In this document: one piece after another, positions 37,591-47,048 of the stretch
Layout of the letters: every line of letters starts with the position of its first letter
Numbering within the stretch: position 1 is the stretch's first letter
Assembly (NCBI GenBank): GCA_002897675.1
Contig: BDSU01000037.1
Coordinates: 2,399-66,398, forward strand
DNA length: 64,000 nt
DNA from: a bacterium BMS3Abin02
GTDB lineage: Bacteria; Actinomycetota; Acidimicrobiia; Spongiisociales; UBA4744
Direction: 5' to 3'
Notes under the pieces: generated by a model
Told to the model about the DNA's origin: nothing
Seen by the model: only the letters and a program-made list of their open reading frames with translations
Databases searched by the model: none
Program-made: the position numbers and the translations under genes

Positions 37591-39549
37591 ATGACACATC
37601 CCATCACTGCAGAGGACCTCTGGACTCTTCCCCATGTCGGCGACCCGGTCGCAAACGGCGGGATTGTCGTGGTTCCCGTCACACGGTTCGATCTCGATGA
37701 CAACAAGGCGACCACCGGCCTGTACCTGCTCACCGCCGACGAGCCGAGGCTGCTCACCAATCCGGAACAGGACGCGAAGTCGCCCGCCATTGCGCCGGAC
37801 GGCACCCGCATCGCCTTCGTTCGCTCGGAGGGCGCCGACGAGCCGGCGCAACTCCATGTATTGCCGCTCGATGGAGGCGAGGCCGAGCGCCTCACCGACA
37901 TGCCGCTCGGTGTACTCGGGCCCAAGTGGATGCCCGACGGTGAAGGCCTGCTCTTCCTCTCGCCGTTGTTCACCGAGGCGCCCACCATCGAAGGGACCCG
38001 GACACTGCGAGACCGGCGCGAGGATGCCGCCGTCAAGGCCCACGTGACCGAAGACCGCCTCTACCGCTACTGGGATCGCTGGCTGACCGACGGAAGCGTT
38101 CCGCACATCTTCTTGTTCGACTTCGCCTCGCGAGAGATCCGAGACCTCATCCCCGACTCGCAGCGGTGGTGGAGTTGGGACGAGGAAGCCGACTCCTACG
38201 ATGTGTCACCGGATGGGAAGGAGATCGCCTTCTCGGCCGACACGAGCGAACCACCGCATGACCGTCCCCGCACCGCCATCTTCACAACCCCGGTCACCGC
38301 CGGAGCGACCCGCTGCCTCACTCCCGACGGCACCGGACATGAGCGTCGGCCCCGCTACAGCCCGGACGGAACCCTCATCGTCTACGGGATGCAGCGAGAA
38401 ATCGACTACTACGCGGATCGAGTTCGTCTCGTGAGGTATGACCGGCGATCAGACGAACACCAGGTCCTCACGGAGGATTGGGACCGTTCCGCCTCCTCAT
38501 GGGAGTTCACCGCCAAAGGAGACCTCGCACTCACCGCAGAGGACCGCGCACGGGTGAATCTGTATCGGATGCCTCCGCAGGAGATGGAACCGCGCCAGAT
38601 CGCTCGAGGGGGAACCTTCGGCCGGCCGGCGTCCGGCACCGACACACTGTTCGCCACCCTCCAGGACCTCAGCCATCCGCCGGAGGTCGTGAGTGTCGAC
38701 ACACCCGCGTGCCGACGACTGACCCACTTCACCGAAGAGCTGATGGCAGACCTCCGATTGGGCGACGTCGAGGAGATCGGCTTCGAGGGAGGCGACGGCG
38801 ACCCGATCCAGGCATTCGTCGTCTACCCGCCCGGATTCGATCCCGCTCGACGCTGGCCGCTCGTCCACATGATCCACGGAGGTCCCCACGGCGTTTTCGG
38901 GGACACGTTTCACTTCCGCTGGAACGCACAGACGTTCGCGGCACCCGGCTACGTCGTGGCATTGGTCAACTTCCACGGCTCGACTTCCTGGGGCCAGGAC
39001 TTCGCGACATCGATTCAGGGGGCCTGGGGCGACCTGCCGGCACAGGACATCCTGTCCGCGACCGACCACCTCCTCGAACGGGGATTCCTCGACGAGGACC
39101 GCATGGCCATCACCGGAGGTTCGTACGGCGGCTATCTGACGACATGGCTCACGACACAGACCGACCGATTCGCATGTGCAGTCGCCCACGCGGCAGTCAC
39201 CGACCTGCCCGGCATGTACGCGTCGGATGTGACGATGGGCAGGGTCCGAGCCTACGGTGCCGACTATTGGGAAGACCCTGACACCGTCGACCGATGGAGT
39301 CCCGCACACCACACCGTCGGCTGTCGGACGCCCACGCTCGTCATCGCCGGAGAGCGCGACTATCGCGTCCCGTCGACACAGGGCCTGGAACTGTATGGGA
39401 TCCTGAAAGCCAAGGGGGTAGAGGCTCGCCTCGTCTACTACCCCGACGAAAACCACTGGATCCTCAAGCCGCAGAACTCGCTGCATTGGTACCGAGAGGT
39501 CCACGCATGGCTTGCCCGTCATCTCGACAGAGTCTCAACCAACAGTTGA
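37591..39549 (+). CDS. S9 family serine peptidase (acylaminoacyl/prolyl oligopeptidase-like)
   Basis: Beta-propeller N-half and a catalytic GGSYGGYL nucleophile elbow, with Asp/His downstream. Confidence 0.9.
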   Translation: MTHPITAEDLWTLPHVGDPVANGGIVVVPVTRFDLDDNKATTGLYLLTADEPRLLTNPEQDAKSPAIAPDGTRIAFVRSEGADEPAQLHVLPLDGGEAERLTDMPLGVLGPKWMPDGEGLLFLSPLFTEAPTIEGTRTLRDRREDAAVKAHVTEDRLYRYWDRWLTDGSVPHIFLFDFASREIRDLIPDSQRWWSWDEEADSYDVSPDGKEIAFSADTSEPPHDRPRTAIFTTPVTAGATRCLTPDGTGHERRPRYSPDGTLIVYGMQREIDYYADRVRLVRYDRRSDEHQVLTEDWDRSASSWEFTAKGDLALTAEDRARVNLYRMPPQEMEPRQIARGGTFGRPASGTDTLFATLQDLSHPPEVVSVDTPACRRLTHFTEELMADLRLGDVEEIGFEGGDGDPIQAFVVYPPGFDPARRWPLVHMIHGGPHGVFGDTFHFRWNAQTFAAPGYVVALVNFHGSTSWGQDFATSIQGAWGDLPAQDILSATDHLLERGFLDEDRMAITGGSYGGYLTTWLTTQTDRFACAVAHAAVTDLPGMYASDVTMGRVRAYGADYWEDPDTVDRWSPAHHTVGCRTPTLVIAGERDYRVPSTQGLELYGILKAKGVEARLVYYPDENHWILKPQNSLHWYREVHAWLARHLDRVSTNS

Positions 39550-39599
39550 GACTCCGCTCGACCCTCTTGGACTGTCGACAAACTCCCAGGTCAGCGTGT

Positions 39600-39633
39600 T
39601 CTTACGCGCAGAATGCGCGTAAGACGATTTTGT
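39600..39633 (+). terminator. intrinsic terminator after the S9 peptidase gene
   Basis: TCTTACGCGC-AGAAT-GCGCGTAAGA stem, followed by ATTTTGT in a locally AT-rich stretch. Confidence 0.6.
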
Positions 39634-39685
39634 CATTCGCTTCAACCATACGTTTAGGGTGAGGCTCCTCCCCTATCCTGAACAG

Positions 39686-40318
39686 ATGAGCGACACGGCA
39701 ATCATCATCTCCGGAGGTGGCGAAGTCCCGGCGGCGGTCGCGGACGGCCTTCCCACGGACGCCTACGTGATCGCTGCGGATTCCGGACTGGATCTGGCAG
39801 CGGCACTCGGCATCCGGGTCGATGTGGTGATCGGAGATCTTGATTCCGTGTCGGCAACGGTGCTCGAAGCCGCGAAGCGTCGAGGCACCCGGGTTCGACG
39901 CCACCCGGTTGACAAGGACGCCACGGATCTCGAGCTGGCGATGACGCATGCGCGCGAGAAGGGGGTCTCTTCGGTCATCGTGATCGGTGGGCACGGTGGC
40001 CGTATGGACCACTTCCTGGCCAACGCGTCACTCCTCGCCGCACAGACGGGTCTCGACGTGGAGTGGCGGACCGCAACGAGCAGGGCGCATCGAGTCAACG
40101 GGACGCTACGCCTCCACGGTTCGCCGGGAGAGATGATCAGCCTGCTGGCATTCGGTGGACCGGCCAAAGGTGTCCGGACATCCGGTCTTCGATGGCCACT
40201 GCACGGCGAAGACCTCCAACCCGACGGCACTCGAGGGATGTCGAACCGGTTCGTCGAGGAGCAGGCGGAAATCGTGGTCGCCGACGGCAACCTGCTCGTC
40301 GTCCTCCCCGAAAGATGA
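39686..40318 (+). CDS. thiamine pyrophosphokinase
   Basis: GDLDS, KDATDLELA and GGRMDH motifs. ATG at 39686 is preferred over the upstream GTG at 39659. Confidence 0.8.
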   Translation: MSDTAIIISGGGEVPAAVADGLPTDAYVIAADSGLDLAAALGIRVDVVIGDLDSVSATVLEAAKRRGTRVRRHPVDKDATDLELAMTHAREKGVSSVIVIGGHGGRMDHFLANASLLAAQTGLDVEWRTATSRAHRVNGTLRLHGSPGEMISLLAFGGPAKGVRTSGLRWPLHGEDLQPDGTRGMSNRFVEEQAEIVVADGNLLVVLPER

Positions 40319-40389
40319 GCAAGAACCACTTTCCCCATTGATAGTTCGCCTCAGTCTGATAGGTTCAGGGCAGCGAGAGGAGGGCTGGT

Positions 40390-40953
40390 TTGAGACGCCT
40401 GTGGAGGCTGCTTCTTGCAGGATCGCTGATCGCAGCCGTGCTGCTGCTCCCGGCAACCGCAAACGCCGCCATCAGCGGTGGCTGTACCGGGTCCGCCGTG
40501 ATCGACGGGATCACCTACGGACCCGACAACGACACGCCGGACAACCCCATCGTCGTTCCCATCGACAAGGACGGAGTGGTCGCCACGTGGGAGGGGTCGG
40601 TGAGCTTCCTGAACACGAACCACCATGGGAACCTCGATATCGTGGTCGGTCCGTGGACGATCAAGATCGCCGATTGGGGGCATCCGAACAGCGGAGACAA
40701 GCGATCGGCGAACGGTACCTACAGCCTGGATGAGTTCAAGGCACAGTTTCCGGTGCCGGTGTCACTCATTCCGCGTGGGATCTACGAGGTTTCGGGCTTT
40801 CACCAGGCCGACGGGGGACGCTGTGATGGACACGTGATGGTCAAGATCGATGGATCTCCGCTCTCGAACCCGCTCGGTATCGCTGTGGTGGCGGGCACGT
40901 TCCTGACCGGGCTCGCACTGCTCGGAGCTGCCTTCAAGGGGAAGACCCGATGA
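40390..40953 (+). CDS. secreted protein with C-terminal TM anchor, unknown function
   Basis: TTG start 7 nt after GAGGAGGG. Signal peptide ending ATANA, two Cys residues, and a C-terminal hydrophobic helix followed by KGKTR. Confidence 0.65.
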   Translation: MRRLWRLLLAGSLIAAVLLLPATANAAISGGCTGSAVIDGITYGPDNDTPDNPIVVPIDKDGVVATWEGSVSFLNTNHHGNLDIVVGPWTIKIADWGHPNSGDKRSANGTYSLDEFKAQFPVPVSLIPRGIYEVSGFHQADGGRCDGHVMVKIDGSPLSNPLGIAVVAGTFLTGLALLGAAFKGKTR

Positions 40954-41132
40954 GAGGCAAACCGATTCTCGGGTTCATTGCCGGTCTCTTCTTCGGATTC
41001 TTCGTCGCACTGTTGCTTCAGCAGTTCGGCATTGCGCCCCTCACGACGACGACGCTGATCGGCCTGCCGATCGCAGGCATCGTGCTCGGCATGCTCCTTG
41101 CCGCATGGGCGCCGTTCGGAAGGCGACGCTGA
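40950..41132 (+). CDS. 60-aa two-TM membrane protein
   Basis: ATGA overlap with the preceding gene. Two hydrophobic helices and a basic tail. Confidence 0.55.
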   Translation: MRGKPILGFIAGLFFGFFVALLLQQFGIAPLTTTTLIGLPIAGIVLGMLLAAWAPFGRRR

Positions 41133-41142
41133 GCAGGAGGAG

Positions 41143-41988
41143 TCACCGGATCGAAGCGTTGGTGAGCACCACCTCGGCCGTTTCTTTCACGGATGCCCGC
41201 AGGATGACGCGATCGTCCTGTCGCCACAGGGAGGTCAGGATCGTCTGACCCGGTAGTACCGGTCTGGAAAAACGCGCACGATAGGCGTGGACCCTCGCCA
41301 CATCGCCGTCGAACATGCCGTCGACCGCTGCCTTGCACACGATCCCGTAGGTGCACAGCCCGTGCAGGATCGGTCGGGAGAACCCCGCCATGGCGGCGAC
41401 GGCCGGGTCTGCATGCAACGGATTCTTATCTCCATTCAACCGATAGAGCAGTGCCTGCTGTTCCAGCGTCGGCGACTCCACCACCAGATCGGGTTCCCGA
41501 TCGGGAGCAATGTCACCGGGGCGAGGACCCGGCGCACCGCCGAACCCCCCTTCGCCACGAAGGTACAGTCCTGCTCTGGCCGTGTAGAGCATATCCCCGC
41601 TCGCGTCCCTCCCTACGACTTCGATGACGACGAGAGCCCCTTTGCCTTTGTCCCAGATCTCGGCGATCCGCCCTGCCTGTGTGACGGTCGCCGATGTGGG
41701 CAACGCCCGGTGTGTGACCACTTCTTGATCACCGTGGACGAGCAGAATCGGGTTGAACGTCAGCCCCTCCACCATGCCGATGCCGAATATCGAGGACATC
41801 GCGGGGATGGTGACGAACGAGGGCAGCACCTTCAGGTCGGCCTCGTAGGCATATTGGAGCTCGTTCGGGTCGGTTGCCGGAACACCCGCGCCGACGCCGA
41901 TCTGATACAGGATCACCCTGTCCTCATCCCAGGATTCGGCTGTTTCGGGAAGCGAGGCGCCCAGGACCCGATCGACGTCAATCGGCAT
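41143..41988 (-). CDS. MaoC-like (R)-specific enoyl-CoA hydratase, double hot-dog (MFE-2 hydratase-2 type)
   Basis: YRLNGDKNPLHADP hydratase-2 motif. Length fits a double hot-dog fold. Overlaps the upstream SDR gene by 11 nt. Confidence 0.85.
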   Translation of the reverse strand: MPIDVDRVLGASLPETAESWDEDRVILYQIGVGAGVPATDPNELQYAYEADLKVLPSFVTIPAMSSIFGIGMVEGLTFNPILLVHGDQEVVTHRALPTSATVTQAGRIAEIWDKGKGALVVIEVVGRDASGDMLYTARAGLYLRGEGGFGGAPGPRPGDIAPDREPDLVVESPTLEQQALLYRLNGDKNPLHADPAVAAMAGFSRPILHGLCTYGIVCKAAVDGMFDGDVARVHAYRARFSRPVLPGQTILTSLWRQDDRVILRASVKETAEVVLTNASIR

Positions 41989-42898
41989 CGTCTTCCTCTT
42001 GCAGCGACCGCAGCAGCAACGCGATCTCCTCCGAGATCTGCCCGAGAATCTGGAATCCGTCGGTGTCACGAATCTCGTCGAGGTGGGTGACGATCTCCTC
42101 GACACTCGGGACGACACCGGCACCTGCGAACCATCCGTTCGTCGCTCCGATGAAGAACCGCGCGTAGCGGCCCCCACCGGCCGAGAAGATCTCGTGAGTG
42201 AACGCGCATTCCTCCGACGCCAGATAGACGACCATCGTCGCGACCTGTTCCGGGTCTATGAACTTGGCGAGATCCCCGAGAAGATCCTCGGTCATCCGTG
42301 TTCTCGCCAGTGGGGCGATCACATTCGACTTGATGTTGTACTTGGCCCCCTCGATCGCCAGTACGTTCGAAAGACCAACGAGGCCCATCTTGGCGGAGCC
42401 GTAGTTCGACTGGCCGAAGTTTCCGAGAATGCCGGCATTCGACGACGTGAAGACGAGTCGTCCATAGCCGTGCTCTCTCATCACCCTGAATGCAGGCTGG
42501 GTGACATAGAACGCTCCTTCGAGGTGCACGGCCAGGACTGCCTTCAGGTCGGGCGTCTCCAACTTCGCGAAGCTCTTGTCCCTGAGAATGCCCGCATTGT
42601 TGATGACGATGTCGACCGTTCCGTACTCGTCGAGAGCCGTCTGGACGATTGCGGCTCCTCCTTCAGGAGTTGCCACGGACTCGTAGTTCGCGACGGCCTC
42701 ACCGCCGGCCGCTTCGATCTCCTCGACGACACCGTCGGCCGGCGCAGCCCCGCCTCCGACGCCATCCACGGCTCCGCCGAGGTCGTTGACGACCACGCGG
42801 GCACCACGACGGGCGAGTTCGAGCGCGTAGGCTCTGCCAAGTCCTCCTCCGGCACCGGTGACGATGGCCACCCGCCGATCGAACACGATATCCGACAT
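41978..42898 (-). CDS. SDR, MFE-2-type (3R)-hydroxyacyl-CoA dehydrogenase-like
   Basis: VTGAGGGLGRAYA, NNAGILRD and YGSAKMG motifs. GAGGAGGA lies upstream of the ATG. Confidence 0.9.
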   Translation of the reverse strand: MSDIVFDRRVAIVTGAGGGLGRAYALELARRGARVVVNDLGGAVDGVGGGAAPADGVVEEIEAAGGEAVANYESVATPEGGAAIVQTALDEYGTVDIVINNAGILRDKSFAKLETPDLKAVLAVHLEGAFYVTQPAFRVMREHGYGRLVFTSSNAGILGNFGQSNYGSAKMGLVGLSNVLAIEGAKYNIKSNVIAPLARTRMTEDLLGDLAKFIDPEQVATMVVYLASEECAFTHEIFSAGGGRYARFFIGATNGWFAGAGVVPSVEEIVTHLDEIRDTDGFQILGQISEEIALLLRSLQEEDDAD

Positions 42899-42951
42899 GG
42901 TCTCCTCCTCGCGGTCGTTTTCCTCAACAGTACGAACGCAGGAGCAAGCCG

Positions 42952-44484
42952 TCAAAGCTCGATGATCAGGCCCTCGTTCGGGCGCAACTCGTGCTGCAGG
43001 CTCCACCCGTCGCGATCGAGGCCGGTGGAGAGCAGCACCGTGCCTTCTACGTTCACCGTGCGGGGCTCGGCCTCGAAGTTCAGTGCGACGATGAACCGGT
43101 CGGGGCCCAGCGAGCGCTCGTACACGAAGCATCCTGGCGGCGCGTCGAGTGATCGATATGCGCCGGCTCTGAGCGCCGGTGTGCGCCTACGAAGCCTGAG
43201 CAGTCCCTGATAGAGCCCAAGGATCGAAGTGGCACCCTGCACCGCAACGCTGCGCAGCCGGCTTCCCTCCGCCACGGGAAGCCACGGAACGCCGTCGGTG
43301 AAGCCTGCGTGCGGGCTCGTATCCCATTCCATGGGTGTTCTGCACCCGTCCCGTCCCATCCCGGGCATTCGCCTCCCCCACGGGTCCTGCTGCAACTCCG
43401 GGGGGATGTCGGCCTGCTCCATGCCGAGCTCGTCGCCGTAGTAGAGCGTCGGCGTCCCACGCAGCGTCAGCAGCAGCATCGCTGCCACCCTTGCCCGGTC
43501 GGATCCGAGCCGAGTGGCGAGGCGTGTCGTATCGTGGTTCCCGAGGACGTAGTTGGGCCAGGCTCCCGGCGGGACGGAGGCGTCGCACGCGTCGACCAGA
43601 CGTCGGATGACCCCGGCATTCCATGGAGCATGCAGCAGCGTGAAGTTGAATGGCATGTGCAGTTCGTCGAGATGACGGCCGTAGTACGAGGCCCAGCGTC
43701 CCCAATCGGGTTCGTGGATCTCGCCGATGGAGAACCTCGGAGGATCGTAGGAGTCGAGGACCGAGCGAATCTTCCTGAACTCCGCGTGGACGTCGTCGTG
43801 GGCTCTGCTTCGCAGCGGCTCGTCGGTCGGCGGTTGGGGATCGTCACGGAGTCCAGGATCCTTCATGATGAAGGCGACGACATCCATCCGAAAGCCGTCG
43901 ACACCGCGATCGAGCCAGAACCGAAGCGTGTCGAGCATCGCCGCTTCGACCGCAGGGTTCCGCCAGTTGAGATCGGGCTGCTCCGCCAGAAACGAGTGCA
44001 GATAGTACTGGTGCGTGTTCTCGTCCCATTCCCACGCCGGACCGCCGAAGACGCTCTGCCAGTTGTTGGGCGGCGATCCATCGGGGTTCGGGTCGGCCCA
44101 GACGTACCAGTTGCGCTTCGGATCGTCCCGGGAAGATCGTGACGCCTCGAACCACGGGTGCCGATCCGATGTGTGGTTCGGCACCCAGTCGATGATCACC
44201 TTCAGTTCCCGCGCGTGTGCTTCGGCGAGGAGCCTGTCGAAGTCGTCGAGCGTTCCGAAGATCGGATCGACGTTGCAGTACTCGGAGACGTCGTACCCGA
44301 AATCGGCCATCGGTGACGGATAGAACGGCGACAGCCAGATCGCATCGACACCAAGGGTGTCGCTCAAGTAATCGAGACGCCGGCGGATACCTTCCAGGTC
44401 GCCGATCCCGTCGCCGTCGGAGTCCTGGAAGGATCGCGGGTAGATCTGGTAGATGACACCCGTCTGCCACCAGGGCCCCTTCAT
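42952..44484 (-). CDS. GH13 alpha-glucosidase / oligo-1,6-glucosidase-like
   Basis: WWQTGVIYQIYPRSF, DWVPNHTS and GFRMDV motifs. ATG at 44484 is preferred (GAGG 5 nt upstream, 10 nt after the ATPase stop). An alternative GTG lies at 44523. Confidence 0.9.
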   Translation of the reverse strand: MKGPWWQTGVIYQIYPRSFQDSDGDGIGDLEGIRRRLDYLSDTLGVDAIWLSPFYPSPMADFGYDVSEYCNVDPIFGTLDDFDRLLAEAHARELKVIIDWVPNHTSDRHPWFEASRSSRDDPKRNWYVWADPNPDGSPPNNWQSVFGGPAWEWDENTHQYYLHSFLAEQPDLNWRNPAVEAAMLDTLRFWLDRGVDGFRMDVVAFIMKDPGLRDDPQPPTDEPLRSRAHDDVHAEFRKIRSVLDSYDPPRFSIGEIHEPDWGRWASYYGRHLDELHMPFNFTLLHAPWNAGVIRRLVDACDASVPPGAWPNYVLGNHDTTRLATRLGSDRARVAAMLLLTLRGTPTLYYGDELGMEQADIPPELQQDPWGRRMPGMGRDGCRTPMEWDTSPHAGFTDGVPWLPVAEGSRLRSVAVQGATSILGLYQGLLRLRRRTPALRAGAYRSLDAPPGCFVYERSLGPDRFIVALNFEAEPRTVNVEGTVLLSTGLDRDGWSLQHELRPNEGLIIEL

Positions 44485-44494
44485 CGTCGCCTCG

Positions 44495-47023
44495 TCATGC
44501 TGCGGGACGATCATCTCGGACACGGCCCTTGCGGTGGGGGCCGACGTGTGAGAACAATGACCGGTTCAGATTGCGGACAAACCGCCTACTGTGCCGGTCC
44601 CGTCGGTCCAAGCGTGCGTAGACCGCCATCTTCACCACGTCCGTCACGAATGCGAAGAGGATCGCGTACCCCCAGATCAGGCCGATCGCTCCCCACGAGA
44701 TCGGCGTCACGAGGCCGAACCCGTAGGCGACGAGCAGTGTGGCCGCCAGTTTCGTCGCGATCGCCGACCAAATGACGATCGGCGCAGGATACGGCTTCTT
44801 CAACCAGAAGCCCCTCGTCCGGGCCACGAAGAGCGCCAGGTGACCGGCGACCGCCATCTTGAGGAACACGAATGTCTGTACCTGACCCGTATCCAACTTC
44901 AGCCACTTGAGTGCGAGCAGCAACATCAGGAAGCTCCCCGTCATCCCGACCATGCCCATGGCGCTGGCGACGGAGATGACGCGACGCATGTTCCACCTGA
45001 CCGGATTCGGAGCGACATCGGTGTGGTCGTAGGCGATCGTCATGATCGGAACGTCGTTGAAGAACGCGAGGAGAATGATCATGATCGCGGTGATCGGATA
45101 GAAATCGAACGCGATCATCGTCGCGACCACGAACACCATGATGCGAACCGTCTCGCTGATCCGATAGATCGCATACGAGTTCATGCGCTCGAAGATACGC
45201 CTGGCCTCTTCGATCGCCTTGCCGATCACCGACAGGCCCGGCGCCGTCAAGACGAGGGCTGCGGCGGCCCTTGCCGCTGCGGTTGCGCCGGACACGGCGA
45301 TACCCACCTCGGCTTGTTCGAGGGCGGGGGCGTCGTTCACCCCGTCGCCCGTCATGCCGACCAGATGTCCTCGTTGTTGAAGCGCCTTGACGATGCCGTA
45401 CTTGTGCTCGGGAAAGACCTGTGCGAACCCATCCGCCTCCTCGATCGCCCGTGCCGTCTTCTCGCTGATGTGCTCCACACCGCCCTCGAGCAGCTCGTCC
45501 GCAACGAGGATGTTCTGTCCCAGATGCAGCTCGCGGGAGATCTCACGCGCGATGGAGAGGTTGTCGCCCGTCACCATCTTCACGGCAACGCCCTCCTGCC
45601 TCACCTTCTGGATCGTGGCGGCCGAATCTTCACGCGGGGGATCGGAGAGCGGGAGAAGACCGAGGAACTCCCACATGTCGCCATCGGTGCTTCTTGCCAC
45701 GCCCAACGTCCGATATCCCTTGCCGGCCAGCTCATCGATCTGCCCCTGTACCGTCCTCTGCGCCTCTTCGTCGAGGTGGCAGAGACTCAGGATCACCTGT
45801 GGCGCCCCCTTGGTCACCTTGAACGACCGGCCGGACCCGTCCCTGATCGTCGCCTCGGTGCGCTTGCCGATCGGATCGAAAGGCATGAACGCCTGCTGCG
45901 TGTATTCCTTCAAGACACCTGGATCCTTCAGTCCACCGATGACTGCCATGTCGATCGGGTCCTGGTTGTCCGTCTCGGAGGCCAGAGCACCGGCAAGGGC
46001 CAGCTCGGTCTCATCATGCCCATCCGCAACGAGTGGGTCGCCCAGTGTCAAGACGTTCTGGGTCAGTGTGCCCGTCTTGTCGGAACACAGGATGTCGATG
46101 CCGGCCATCTCCTCGAGCGACTGCAACCGGGTGACGATGGCCTTCATCTTGGAGAGCGCCATTGCTCCAACGGCCATCGTCACCGAGAGCACGGCAGGCA
46201 TGGCGACCGGGATCGAAGCCACCGTCAGGATCAACGCGAACTGGACGAGTTGGATGACGTCCGATCCTCGAAACAGCTGGACCACGAGCAGTATCGCGAC
46301 GAGCACGATGCTGACATAGATGAGGAAGTCACCGATCTGGAGCACGGCTTTCTGGAAGTGTGAGACGGCCCCTGCCTCTTCGACGAGCGCGGCGGTCTTG
46401 CCGAAGTAGGTCCCTGTCCCCGTGGCAACCACCAGGGCGATCATCTCCCCTTGCTTCGCAACAGAGCCGGAGTAGGCGACGTCACCAGGCTTCTTCGTGA
46501 CAGGAAGGGACTCGCCGGTCAGGGCCGACTGGTCGACGCTGAGATACTGCCCATCGAGCAGCTTCACATCCGCAGGGATGATGTCCCCCAGTCTGAGCCG
46601 CACGATGTCGCCTGGTACGAGCACTTCGGCGCGGACCTGACTCCATGTCCCGTCTCGTTTGACCTGCGCCTGGAGAGCGAGCTCCTGTTTGAGGGCTGCG
46701 ACCGCATCTTCGGCCTTGTGCTGCTGCCAGAATCCCACCACCGCGTTGAAGAGCAGCAAGATCACGATGATCACAAAATCGGTCACATGGCGGACGAGAG
46801 CGGACAGGACGGCGGCGATCTCGATCATCCACGGAATCGGCCCCCAGAAGTACGATAAGAACTGAAGGAGCGGGCTGACCTTCTTCTCCGGCAGGGCATT
46901 CGGTCCATACTCCTCGAGACGCTGCTGCGCCTCGGATGAGGTGAGACCGTCGGAGCCGGTCGACAGGGCCTGAAACAGCGCGTCGGGCTGCTCCTTCTCC
47001 GCATCGTTGATACTCAGCGCCAT
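44495..47023 (-). CDS. P-type ATPase, type IIIA (plasma-membrane H+-ATPase-like)
   Basis: CSDKTGTLTQN, MVTGDNLSIAREI and GMTGDGVNDAPALEQAEVGIAV motifs. The N-terminus LTSSEAQQRLEEYGPNALPEKK resembles plant and fungal H+ pumps. GGTGGAGG lies upstream of the ATG. Confidence 0.9.
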   Translation of the reverse strand: MALSINDAEKEQPDALFQALSTGSDGLTSSEAQQRLEEYGPNALPEKKVSPLLQFLSYFWGPIPWMIEIAAVLSALVRHVTDFVIIVILLLFNAVVGFWQQHKAEDAVAALKQELALQAQVKRDGTWSQVRAEVLVPGDIVRLRLGDIIPADVKLLDGQYLSVDQSALTGESLPVTKKPGDVAYSGSVAKQGEMIALVVATGTGTYFGKTAALVEEAGAVSHFQKAVLQIGDFLIYVSIVLVAILLVVQLFRGSDVIQLVQFALILTVASIPVAMPAVLSVTMAVGAMALSKMKAIVTRLQSLEEMAGIDILCSDKTGTLTQNVLTLGDPLVADGHDETELALAGALASETDNQDPIDMAVIGGLKDPGVLKEYTQQAFMPFDPIGKRTEATIRDGSGRSFKVTKGAPQVILSLCHLDEEAQRTVQGQIDELAGKGYRTLGVARSTDGDMWEFLGLLPLSDPPREDSAATIQKVRQEGVAVKMVTGDNLSIAREISRELHLGQNILVADELLEGGVEHISEKTARAIEEADGFAQVFPEHKYGIVKALQQRGHLVGMTGDGVNDAPALEQAEVGIAVSGATAAARAAAALVLTAPGLSVIGKAIEEARRIFERMNSYAIYRISETVRIMVFVVATMIAFDFYPITAIMIILLAFFNDVPIMTIAYDHTDVAPNPVRWNMRRVISVASAMGMVGMTGSFLMLLLALKWLKLDTGQVQTFVFLKMAVAGHLALFVARTRGFWLKKPYPAPIVIWSAIATKLAATLLVAYGFGLVTPISWGAIGLIWGYAILFAFVTDVVKMAVYARLDRRDRHSRRFVRNLNRSLFSHVGPHRKGRVRDDRPAA

Positions 47024-47048
47024 ACGGACCTCCACCTTGCTGCTTGCA

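Noticed and set aside
44485-44523. The upstream GTG (44523) or ATG (44514) as start of the GH13 glucosidase.
   Set aside because: Either would overlap the ATPase gene by 20-29 nt and lacks a Shine-Dalgarno. ATG 44484 has GAGG at the right distance and gives the usual short N-terminus before WW..IYQIYPRSF. This remains uncertain.
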